Positions 1-7,464 of a DNA stretch of 32,000 bases are shown piece by piece. Source of the stretch: Dickeya dadantii NCPPB 898 (GTDB lineage: Bacteria > Pseudomonadota > Gammaproteobacteria > Enterobacterales > Enterobacteriaceae); contig NZ_CM001976.1 in NCBI RefSeq assembly GCF_000406145.1, forward strand, positions 1,950,061 to 1,982,060, read 5' to 3'. Made by a program: the position numbers and the translations under genes. The notes beneath the pieces were generated by a model. It did not search any database. It saw only the letters and a program-made list of their open reading frames with translations, and had not been told where the DNA came from. Every line of letters starts with the position of its first letter. Position 1 is the stretch's first letter.

Positions 1-417
1 CGGCAAGCGTTCATCAGCGTCACCGGAAGTGAGTTTCAGCGCCACATTCAGGCTGTTGGTGATGATAGTCATGCCCGGCAGAGGGAGAAGTTCGCCAGCC
101 AGTAGGGTGGTGGTGCTGCCGGCGTCGATAAACAGCGTCTGACCGGCTTTTAGCTGCTGTACCGCCAGCCGGGCGATCGCCAGCTTTTCCTGTTCCCGCA
201 CCGTGTTGCGCACCGACAGCGGCGGCTCCGGTTCGGCGCCGGTCGCGACGATGCCGCCATGCACCCGGCGCAGCACGCCTTGCGCTTCCAGCTTGAGCAC
301 ATCGCGCCGCACGGTTTCCCGCGATACCCCCAAATGCTGAATGATGTGGTCGGTAGTGACCCGGTTAAGGGACGACAGCAGCAGGCGGATACGGTGCAGG
401 CGGGTTTCTTCAAGCAT
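1..417 (-). CDS. DeoR-family transcriptional regulator, N-terminal 139 codons only (3' end lies beyond the window edge)
   Basis: Absent from the ORF track because it runs off the window. Hand translation of the reverse strand from ATG (417-415) gives MLEETRLHRIRLLLSSLNRVTTDHIIQHLGVSRETVRRDVLKLEAQGVLRRVHGGIVATG... This is the DeoR winged-HTH signature. It continues into the start of the DeoR C-terminal sensor domain (QTLFIDAGSTTT). The frame is open to position 1. Confidence 0.85.
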   Translation of the reverse strand, partial: MLEETRLHRIRLLLSSLNRVTTDHIIQHLGVSRETVRRDVLKLEAQGVLRRVHGGIVATGAEPEPPLSVRNTVREQEKLAIARLAVQQLKAGQTLFIDAGSTTTLLAGELLPLPGMTIITNSLNVALKLTSGDADERLP

Positions 418-793
418 CAGCGGGCATTCTCTCGGTCAGGTAGCGGTCGCCGCCATTATAACGACAAGGCGGCGGACGATCAGGGTCGACAGACAATACG
501 TCGATTGTGTGATTTTGTGCTTTTTAGCATAACAGCTGTGCAGATTTTGGCAATTGGGCGAGGTGAAACATGTCGGAACGAGCGATATTTATCTATTTAT
601 TTGTTTTTTATTTAATTTTATCTGGGGTTTTATGCGGCGATTTGGCGTGCCCGGCCGCCGTGGCGATGCACTTTTTTGGTGATTTTTACGTCGCAAAATA
701 GTGCGTATTTTTGTATTTGTGTATTTTGTTGCTTTTGGTGTAGGGTAGTGCTCATCAGGCGGCACCGGAGAGCCGGCGGCCATCACGCGTTGG

Positions 794-826
794 GTACATT
801 ACTTTCATTGAGTACATTACTTTCAT
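794..826. repeat. Perfect 15-bp direct repeat GTACATTACTTTCAT x2 (794-808 and 812-826, 18-bp period) directly abutting the aminotransferase SD; candidate operator
   Basis: Read directly: gggGTACATTACTTTCATtgaGTACATTACTTTCATctGGAGtcatcATG. Copy 2 ends 3 nt before the GGAG at 829-832. Confidence 0.6.
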
Positions 827-837
827 CTGGAGTCATC

Positions 838-2178
838 ATGGCGACACGTTCAACCATCATGGATACCAACAGCTTCCGTGCGGAACATGCGGCGGCACTG
901 ACAGACGACATCCGCACGCTGACGGAAAAACGCGGCAGGGTGCTGGGCGATTCTTACCGGCTGTTCTACCGCAACCCGGTGCATCTGGTGCGCGGCGAGA
1001 AGCAATATCTGTGGGATGCGGCAGGCAACCAGTATCTGGACGTGTACAACAACGTCGCCAGCATCGGCCATTGCCACCCGGCGGTGATTGAGGCGGTGCA
1101 CGCGCAGATGTGTCAGCTCAACACCCACACCCGTTACCTGCACGATCGCATTCTGGATTACACCGAAGACCTGCTGACGCTGGTACCGAAGGCGATCACC
1201 AAAGCGATGTACATGTGCACCGGTTCCGAAGCCAACGATCTGGCGATTCGGGTGGCTCGCGCCTACAGCGGCGGCACCGGGATTATCGTCACCCGCGAGG
1301 CGTATCACGGCACCAGCGAGCTGACCTCCGGCGCGTCGCCGGCGCTGGGCAGCGGTCAGCCGATTGCCGCGACTACCCGGCTGGTGCCGGCGCCGGACCG
1401 TTATCGCGTCGACGCGCCGGATCTGGGCGCCTGGTTTGCCAATCAAATCCAGCAGCAGATCGATGACATGGCTGCTCACGGCATCAAATTCGCCGGTTTC
1501 CTCGCCGATTCGATTTTCTCCTCCGACGGTGTGCTGCCGGGGCCGGCCGGCTATTTGCAAGCCGCTATTGATGTGGTGCACGCCAACGGCGGCATTTTCA
1601 TCGCCGACGAAGTGCAACCGGGCTTTGCCCGCACCGGCGACGCCTTCTGGGGCTTTGCCCGTCACGGCATCGTGCCGGACATCATCACGATGGGGAAACC
1701 GATGGGCAACGGTATCCCGGTATCGGCGCTGCTGGCGAAACCCGAGGTGCTGGCGGCGTTCAGCGACGAGATCCCCTATTTCAACACCTTCGGCGGTAAC
1801 CCGGTATCGATGGCGGCCGCGCAGGCGGTGCTGAAGGTGATCCGTGAAGAGAAACTGCAGGAGCACAGCAAGGTGGTGGGCGCCCGGTTGTTGAAAGAGC
1901 TGGCCGGACTGGCGGATCGCCATGCCTGCGTCGGCGACGTGCGCGGCGCCGGGCTGTTCATTGGTTTCGAACTGGTCAGCGACCGCGACAACAAGACGCC
2001 GGATAAGGTACGGGCGCTGAATGTAATCGAACGGCTGCGTGAACAGCGCGTGTTGACCTCAGTGGCCGGCCCGCACGGCAACGTGCTGAAACTGCGCCCG
2101 ACGCTGGCGTTTCAGGAACACGATATCGACTGGCTGGTCGGCGCGCTGGACAAGGCGCTGAGCGCCACCGCCTCCTGA
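838..2178 (+). CDS. Class-III PLP-dependent aminotransferase family protein, AGXT2L/phospho-lyase-like subgroup (446 aa)
   Basis: ORF 676-2178 trimmed to ATG 838 (GGAG 829-832, 5-nt spacer). Motifs GSEANDLA, FIADEVQPGF and TMGKPMGNG (Schiff-base Lys) are present. NNVASIGHCHP, YFNTFGGNPVS and GPHGNVLKLRP match what I recall from ethanolamine-phosphate / 5-phosphohydroxylysine phospho-lyases. Confidence 0.9.
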   Translation: MATRSTIMDTNSFRAEHAAALTDDIRTLTEKRGRVLGDSYRLFYRNPVHLVRGEKQYLWDAAGNQYLDVYNNVASIGHCHPAVIEAVHAQMCQLNTHTRYLHDRILDYTEDLLTLVPKAITKAMYMCTGSEANDLAIRVARAYSGGTGIIVTREAYHGTSELTSGASPALGSGQPIAATTRLVPAPDRYRVDAPDLGAWFANQIQQQIDDMAAHGIKFAGFLADSIFSSDGVLPGPAGYLQAAIDVVHANGGIFIADEVQPGFARTGDAFWGFARHGIVPDIITMGKPMGNGIPVSALLAKPEVLAAFSDEIPYFNTFGGNPVSMAAAQAVLKVIREEKLQEHSKVVGARLLKELAGLADRHACVGDVRGAGLFIGFELVSDRDNKTPDKVRALNVIERLREQRVLTSVAGPHGNVLKLRPTLAFQEHDIDWLVGALDKALSATAS

Positions 2179-2397
2179 CGTTTTCGTGCCGGCGCTCGTC
2201 GGCACGTTCCTCTTGCCGTACGGGACTTGCTTTATGGTTCGCCAGCCCTTGTGCTGTGTCACACCATCAGCGGGAAATGCGCGATATCCATTTTTCCGCT
2301 GACGGTTTTGTGGCACATTAGCCGCCTTGTCTTGTCACTATCAGCGGGCAGGTTGTCGTTCCTTAACCGGCAGCTGCACAAGGAATTCGCAATAACA

Positions 2398-4704
2398 ATG
2401 AAATGGTTTACTTCACTGGCGCTCGCGGTCGGTCTGGCCTGTAGCCCGCTTTGGGCGCAGACGCCCCTGCAACAGACTGCGCCGCAGGCGGCTTCCGCCC
2501 AGCAGCGCGATGCCTTCGTTAACGACCTAATGAAAAAAATGACGCTGGATGAAAAGATCGGGCAGCTCCGCCTGATCAGCGTCGGACCGGATAACCCGAA
2601 ACAGGCCATTCGCGACATGATCCGCAACGGTCAGGTCGGCGGGATTTTCAACACCGTCACCCGGCAGGACATTCGGGCGATGCAGGATCAGGTGATGCAG
2701 CTTAGCCGCCTGAAAATTCCACTGTTCTTCGCTTATGACGTGGTGCACGGCCAGCGTACCGTGTTCCCGATCGGTCTGGGGCTGGCGTCGAGCTGGGACA
2801 TGAGCGCCGTGGAGCTGTCGGCGAAGATCGCCGCGTATGAAGCCACCGAAGACGGCCTGAACATGACCTGGGCGCCGATGGTCGATATTACCCGCGATCC
2901 GCGCTGGGGGCGTGTCTCCGAAGGCTTTGGCGAAGACACCTATCTGACCAGCGAAATCGCCCGCGTGATGGTGAAAGGTTTTCAGGGCGACGACCTGACC
3001 GGTCGCCATTCGCTGATGACCAGCGTGAAGCACTATGCGCTGTATGGCGCGGCGGAAGGCGGTCGTGACTACAACACCGTCGATATGAGCCCGCAGCGCA
3101 TGTTCCAGGATTACATGCCGCCGTACAAAGCGGCGATTGACGCGGGCAGCTACGGCGTGATGGCGTCGCTCAACTCCATCAACGGCGTGCCGGCTACCGC
3201 CAACCGCTGGTTGCTGAAAGACGTGTTGCGCGACCAGTGGCATTTCAAAGGCATCACCATCAGCGACCACGGCGCTATTAAAGAGCTGATCAAGCACGGC
3301 GTGGCGGCGGACCCGAGCGATGCATCGCGCATTGCGGTGCAGTCTGGTATCGGCATGAGCATGAGCGACGAGTATTTCGTGCGCTATCTGCCGGATCTGG
3401 TCAAGCGCGGGCTGGTCAGCATGAAGGATATCGATGACGCCTGCCGCCAGGTGCTGAACATGAAATACGATATGGGGCTGTTCCAGGACCCGTACAACCA
3501 TCTCGGCCCGGTCGGTTCCGACCCGGTGGACACCAATGCCGAAAGCCGTCTGCACCGCGAGGAAGCGCGTGACGTGGCGCGCCGCAGTCTGGTGCTGTTG
3601 AAAAACCGTCTTGATATCCTGCCGCTGAAAAAATCCGGCACCATCGCGGTGGTGGGGCCGCTGGCCGACAGTAAGCGCGACATTATCGGTAGCTGGTCCG
3701 CCGCCGGACGTCAGGCGCAGGCGGTGACGGTATACGAGGGAATCCGCAAGGCGGTGGGGTATAACGCCCGCGTTTATTACGCCAAAGGTTCCAACGTCAC
3801 CAATCATCCGGGGCTGGTCCAGTTCCTGAATCAGTATGACCAGTCGGTGGAGATCGACCCACGCACGCCGCAGGCGATGATCGATGAAGCGGTGGACGTG
3901 GCGAAGAAATCCGACGTGGTGATCGCGGTGGTAGGCGAATCTCAGGGGATGGCGCACGAAGCGTCCAGCCGCGCCAAAATTACCATTCCGCCGGAGCAAA
4001 AGGCGCTGATTTCCGCGCTGAAAGCCACCGGCAAGCCGCTGGTGTTGGTGCTGATGAATGGCCGTCCGCTGGACCTGAGCCGTGAAGATCAGCAGGCGAA
4101 CGCGCTGCTGGAAACCTGGTTCAGCGGTACTGAAGGCGGCAACGCCATCGCCGACGTGCTGTTTGGCGATTACAACCCGTCCGGTAAGCTGCCGATGACC
4201 TTCCCGCGCTCGGTGGGGCAGATCCCGATGTACTACAACCAACTGCCAACCGGACGTCCGTATTCGGCACAAGCGCCCAACAAGTACACCTCGCACTATT
4301 TTGACGAGGCCAACGGGCCGCTGTATCCGTTCGGTTACGGCCTGAGTTACACCACCTTTGAAGTGTCGGACGTGAAACTCTCCAGCCCGACCATGAAGCG
4401 CAACGGCAGCGTCAAGGCATCGGTCACGGTCACCAATACCGGCAAGCGCGCCGGGGAAACTGTGGCGCAGCTTTATCTGCACGACGTGGTGGCGTCGATC
4501 AGCCGCCCGGTGAAAGAGCTGCGCGGCTTCCAGAAAGTGATGCTGCAGCCGGGTGAAAGCCGTACCCTGACCTTCACCCTGTCGCCGCAGGATCTGAAGT
4601 TCTACAACGCGCAGATGCAGCAGGTGGCGGAGCCGGGCAAGTTTGAGGTGATGATCGGGCTGGATTCTCAGCGCGTGAAAACCGGCAGCTTTACGCTGCT
4701 ATAA
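2398..4704 (+). CDS. bglX: Periplasmic beta-glucosidase, glycoside hydrolase family 3 (768 aa)
   Basis: ORF 2227-4704 trimmed to ATG 2398. This gives MKWFTSLALAVGLACSPLWAQ (signal peptide), as in E. coli BglX (MKW...). The protein is collinear with E. coli BglX (MTLDEKIGQLRLISVGPDNPK, NMTWAPMVDITRDPRWGR, ITISDHGAI). Confidence 0.95.
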   Translation: MKWFTSLALAVGLACSPLWAQTPLQQTAPQAASAQQRDAFVNDLMKKMTLDEKIGQLRLISVGPDNPKQAIRDMIRNGQVGGIFNTVTRQDIRAMQDQVMQLSRLKIPLFFAYDVVHGQRTVFPIGLGLASSWDMSAVELSAKIAAYEATEDGLNMTWAPMVDITRDPRWGRVSEGFGEDTYLTSEIARVMVKGFQGDDLTGRHSLMTSVKHYALYGAAEGGRDYNTVDMSPQRMFQDYMPPYKAAIDAGSYGVMASLNSINGVPATANRWLLKDVLRDQWHFKGITISDHGAIKELIKHGVAADPSDASRIAVQSGIGMSMSDEYFVRYLPDLVKRGLVSMKDIDDACRQVLNMKYDMGLFQDPYNHLGPVGSDPVDTNAESRLHREEARDVARRSLVLLKNRLDILPLKKSGTIAVVGPLADSKRDIIGSWSAAGRQAQAVTVYEGIRKAVGYNARVYYAKGSNVTNHPGLVQFLNQYDQSVEIDPRTPQAMIDEAVDVAKKSDVVIAVVGESQGMAHEASSRAKITIPPEQKALISALKATGKPLVLVLMNGRPLDLSREDQQANALLETWFSGTEGGNAIADVLFGDYNPSGKLPMTFPRSVGQIPMYYNQLPTGRPYSAQAPNKYTSHYFDEANGPLYPFGYGLSYTTFEVSDVKLSSPTMKRNGSVKASVTVTNTGKRAGETVAQLYLHDVVASISRPVKELRGFQKVMLQPGESRTLTFTLSPQDLKFYNAQMQQVAEPGKFEVMIGLDSQRVKTGSFTLL

Positions 4705-4736
4705 GTAGTAACGATAAACGCTAGTTGTTTATGCGA

Positions 4737-4764
4737 CGGCCCCTGCGATGATTCCCAGGGGCCG
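4737..4764. terminator. GC-rich 9-bp stem-loop between convergent bglX and yohO-like genes (no adjacent U-tract)
   Basis: cggcccctg (4737-4745) pairs perfectly with caggggccg (4756-4764), with a 10-nt loop. It lies 33 nt after the bglX stop. Confidence 0.4.
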
Positions 4765-4770
4765 GACAGG

Positions 4771-4801
4771 AAAAACCGGCTGCGCCGCGACGGGCGGCCG
4801 G
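4771..4801 (-). terminator. Probable intrinsic terminator of the yohO-like gene
   Basis: The minus strand reads ccggccgcccgtcgcggcgcagccgg followed by TTTTT. The stem is imperfect (5 GC pairs, one mismatch, 2 pairs). It starts 18 nt after the stop at 4819-4821. Confidence 0.4.
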
Positions 4802-4818
4802 ATCTAACCGGTTCGGCG

Positions 4819-4926
4819 TCAGCCGCCGTGCACGATAATGATATACCCCACCAGCATCACGCCGCCGATGCCGCCCAGTGCGCAGAGCGCAAATAGACTG
4901 ACGATTCCCAGTTTCTTGATATCCAT
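4819..4926 (-). CDS. yohO: Small membrane protein, YohO (UPF0387)-like, 35 aa
   Basis: Below the ORF-track size cut-off. Hand translation gives MDIKKLGIVSLFALCALGGIGGVMLVGYIIIVHGG*. An AAGGA lies 7 nt upstream of the ATG. The protein is a single hydrophobic helix with the ALGGIGGVML.GY core that I recall from E. coli YohO (35 aa), which is also encoded near bglX. Confidence 0.8.
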   Translation of the reverse strand: MDIKKLGIVSLFALCALGGIGGVMLVGYIIIVHGG

Positions 4927-5065
4927 CCGGTTATCCTTTTGTTATGTCCCGGACGGTAAAGGGTTACGTTCCGGTGATGATGACGTTCCGGCGATTATAG
5001 AGCCTCCTGCACCGGATACAAGCCAACCGCATTTGTCGGTGTCGCGCCACTACTGCCTGAGTAAA

Positions 5066-5080
5066 TGTGACAACGTCACA
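5066..5080. promoter_or_regulatory. Palindrome TGTGAC-AAC-GTCACA in the dinG upstream region (unknown binding factor)
   Basis: Perfect 6-bp inverted repeat with a 3-bp spacer, about 110 bp upstream of the dinG ATG. The half-sites resemble CRP half-sites, but the spacing is TGTGA-N5-TCACA rather than N6. Confidence 0.35.
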
Positions 5081-5102
5081 ATTACGGCCGTTGATTTGTG
5101 GA

Positions 5103-5137
5103 CACTGACTTATGGTCACTGACTATGGCTACTGACG
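5103..5137. repeat. Direct repeats CACTGACT(T)ATGG x2 plus a partial third copy (ACTGACG) upstream of dinG
   Basis: Read directly: CACTGACTtatggtCACTGACTatggctACTGACG (5103-5137), with periods of 14 and 13 bp. Confidence 0.5.
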
Positions 5138-5190
5138 TTGCCGCCGGTCTGTGGGACAATACCGGTCAGATTGAACCACAGTGAGACGGC

Positions 5191-7296
5191 ATGACCCTGA
5201 CCCCCGCGTTAAAGCAGCAGATTGGCGAATGGTATAAAGCGCTGCAACAGCAGATTCCCGATTTTATCTCCCGAGCGCCGCAGCGCCAGATGATCGCCGA
5301 GGTGGCGAAAGCGCTGGCGGGCGACTATAAGCGTCATTTGGTGCTCGAAGCGCCGACCGGCGTGGGCAAAACGCTTTCCTACCTGATTCCCGGCATTGCC
5401 GTCGGACGCGCGGAGCTGAAAACGCTGGTGGTCAGCACCGCCAACGTGGCGTTGCAGGATCAGATCTTCAACAAGGATTTGCCGCTGCTGCGCCAGTTTA
5501 TTCCTGAACTGAAATTCACCGCGGCGTTCGGCCGCGGGCGCTATGTTTGTCCGCGCAATCTGGCGGCGATGGCGACCGAGGCGTCGGCGCAGGGCGATCT
5601 GATGCTGTTTATGGATGAGCACCTGCCATCCAGCCGCGAGGAGCAAACCACCAGCGCCCGGCTGCAACTGGCGCTGCAAAGCTATGCCTGGGACGGATTG
5701 CGTGACCATTGTCAGGAGTCGATCGGCGACGCGCTGTGGCAACGCCTCAGCACCGACAAGGCCAACTGTCTGGGGCGCAACTGTCATTATTACCGCGAAT
5801 GCCCGTTCTTTCTCGCCCGTCGGGAAATCGAAGACGCCGATGTGGTGGTGACCAACCACGCGCTGGTGATGGCGGCGATGGAGAGCGACTCGGTACTGCC
5901 GCAGGCGAAAAACATGCTGCTGGTGCTGGACGAAGGCCATCACGTGCCGGATGTGGCGCGCGACGCGCTGGAGATGTCCGGCGAGGTGACGGTCAGCGCG
6001 GTGCAACACCAGATGGATCAACTGGTTCAGCAGGTGGGGCTGTGTCTGGCGCAGTTCCCGCCCAAATCGCCGCCGCGGCTGATGCAGCCCGACAGGCTGG
6101 GCGATCACTGCGGCGAGATACGGGAGCAGTTGCAACTGTTCGAGCGGCTGAGCAGCCTGTTTTTGCCGCCGGCCCAGCCGGACGCCGATTACCGTTTCCC
6201 GATGGGAGAACTGCCGGAGGAGATGCGCGAGTGCTGCAATCGGCTGTTTAAGCTTGCCGATAGCCTGCGCGGGCTGGCGGAATACCTGCTCAACGATCTG
6301 GCGGAAAAAACCGGCAAGCATGATGTCGTTAAGTTACATCAGGCGATGCTGCGCATCAGCCGTCTGAACGGTTACTGGGAAGCGCAGGGCAAGCTATGGC
6401 GGCTGGCGGCGCTGGAGAAATCCTCTAACGCGCCGGTGTCGAAATGGCTGCTGCGGGAACGACGCGATAATCAGCTGCACCTGTATTTTCACTGCGCCGG
6501 CATCCGCGTGTGCGACCAACTGGACCGGTTGCTGTGGCGCAATCTGTCGCACGTGGTGGTCACCTCGGCGACGCTGCGCTCGCTCAACAGTTTCTCCCGA
6601 TTGAAAGAACTGTCCGGGCTGGACGAGGAAGAGGGCGATACCTTTATCGCGCTGGATTCGCCGTTCAACCACTGCGAGCAGGGCAAGCTGGTGATCCCGC
6701 GTATGCGCCATGAACCGCTGATCACGCATGAAGCTGAACATCTCGCCGAGATGGCGCAGTTTTTCCGTGCCGAACTGCGGCGGGATGTCCACAAGGGGAT
6801 GCTGATGCTGTTCGCCAGCCAGCGGGCGATGCAGCAGTTTCTGACCGAGGTACCCGACCTGCGGCTGATGCTGCTGGTGCAGGGCGATCAGCCGCGCTAC
6901 CGGCTGGTGGAATTGCACCGCCAACGGGTACAGCAGGGCCAGACCAGCGTGCTGATCGGCCTGCAATCCTTCGCCGAAGGGTTGGATCTTAAGGGTGAAC
7001 TGCTGTCGCAGGTGCATATCCACAAGATTGCCTTTCCACCGGTAGACAGCCCGGTGATCCTCACCGAGGGTGAGTGGCTGAAAAGCCTCAAGCGCCACCC
7101 GTTTGTAGTGCAGAGCTTGCCGAGCGCCTCATTCAGCCTGATTCAGCAGGTCGGCCGATTGATTCGTAGTCACGACTGCTTCGGTGAAATCGTCATCTAT
7201 GACCGGCGCTTACTGACCAAAGGCTACGGCGCTCAGCTGCTGGCCGCCTTGCCGGTGTTTCCCATCGAACAGCGTGACATGCCGGATGATGAGTAG
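5191..7296 (+). CDS. dinG: ATP-dependent DNA helicase DinG (XPD/Rad3-like, Fe-S) (701 aa)
   Basis: The N-terminus MTLTPALKQQIGEWYKALQQQIPDFISRAPQRQMIAEVAKALAG...APTGVGKTLSYLIPGIA is collinear with E. coli DinG. Walker A, the DEGH box (VLDEGHH) and Fe-S cysteines (YVCPRN...CLGRNCHYYRECPF) are present. Confidence 0.95.
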   Translation: MTLTPALKQQIGEWYKALQQQIPDFISRAPQRQMIAEVAKALAGDYKRHLVLEAPTGVGKTLSYLIPGIAVGRAELKTLVVSTANVALQDQIFNKDLPLLRQFIPELKFTAAFGRGRYVCPRNLAAMATEASAQGDLMLFMDEHLPSSREEQTTSARLQLALQSYAWDGLRDHCQESIGDALWQRLSTDKANCLGRNCHYYRECPFFLARREIEDADVVVTNHALVMAAMESDSVLPQAKNMLLVLDEGHHVPDVARDALEMSGEVTVSAVQHQMDQLVQQVGLCLAQFPPKSPPRLMQPDRLGDHCGEIREQLQLFERLSSLFLPPAQPDADYRFPMGELPEEMRECCNRLFKLADSLRGLAEYLLNDLAEKTGKHDVVKLHQAMLRISRLNGYWEAQGKLWRLAALEKSSNAPVSKWLLRERRDNQLHLYFHCAGIRVCDQLDRLLWRNLSHVVVTSATLRSLNSFSRLKELSGLDEEEGDTFIALDSPFNHCEQGKLVIPRMRHEPLITHEAEHLAEMAQFFRAELRRDVHKGMLMLFASQRAMQQFLTEVPDLRLMLLVQGDQPRYRLVELHRQRVQQGQTSVLIGLQSFAEGLDLKGELLSQVHIHKIAFPPVDSPVILTEGEWLKSLKRHPFVVQSLPSASFSLIQQVGRLIRSHDCFGEIVIYDRRLLTKGYGAQLLAALPVFPIEQRDMPDDE

Positions 7297-7464
7297 CTTG
7301 CTGTTATTCATGCGTTTTTTCTGACAGGCGGCCAGTAAATCCCTATCATATCGTCGCCGTGGCCTGTTGGCTGCGGTGTGACAGACTGTGCCTGCACGTC
7401 GCATCGCGGCTAACGGTGCGTATGCAACGCAGCCTGACGTTTGATGATTCGATAAGGATGTGTG

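Noticed and set aside
150-413. 87-aa minus-strand ORF in the track, overlapping the DeoR gene region
   Set aside because: It is in the wrong frame. Its product is Cys/Arg/Ser-rich with no family resemblance. The neighbouring frame starting at 417 gives a textbook DeoR HTH and stays open to the window edge.
676-837. N-terminal extension of the aminotransferase ORF (start at 676)
   Set aside because: The extension (MVIFTSQNSAYFCICVFCCFWC...) is encoded by AT-rich, repeat-containing intergenic DNA. ATG 838 has a well-spaced GGAG, and homologous enzymes begin near that point.
2227-2397. N-terminal extension of the bglX ORF (start at 2227)
   Set aside because: E. coli BglX starts MKW... with a signal peptide, exactly as from ATG 2398. 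The extension would bury the signal peptide.
2527-4482. 651-aa ORF antisense to bglX, and similar long antisense or off-frame ORFs. Antisense: 850-1923, 5209-6321, 6394-7098, 7210-8556, 10080-11720, 12523-13200, 14270-14809, 26697-27377, 27508-28071. Same-strand off-frame: 5709-6251, 15304-15771.
   Set aside because: All lie opposite or out of frame to genes with unambiguous homology. Their products are Arg/Gly/Ala/His/Pro-rich low-complexity strings typical of stop-codon depletion in GC-rich DNA. None has a credible RBS or motif.
4838-5122. 94-aa plus-strand ORF between bglX and dinG
   Set aside because: It overlaps the yohO-like gene on the opposite strand and the dinG promoter region. It has no RBS and no recognisable motif.
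4927-5190. Search for a LexA (SOS) box upstream of dinG
   Set aside because: None of the seven CTG triplets in this interval is followed by CAG at N10. I report the absence as an observation only, because a degenerate box cannot be excluded without a PWM scan.
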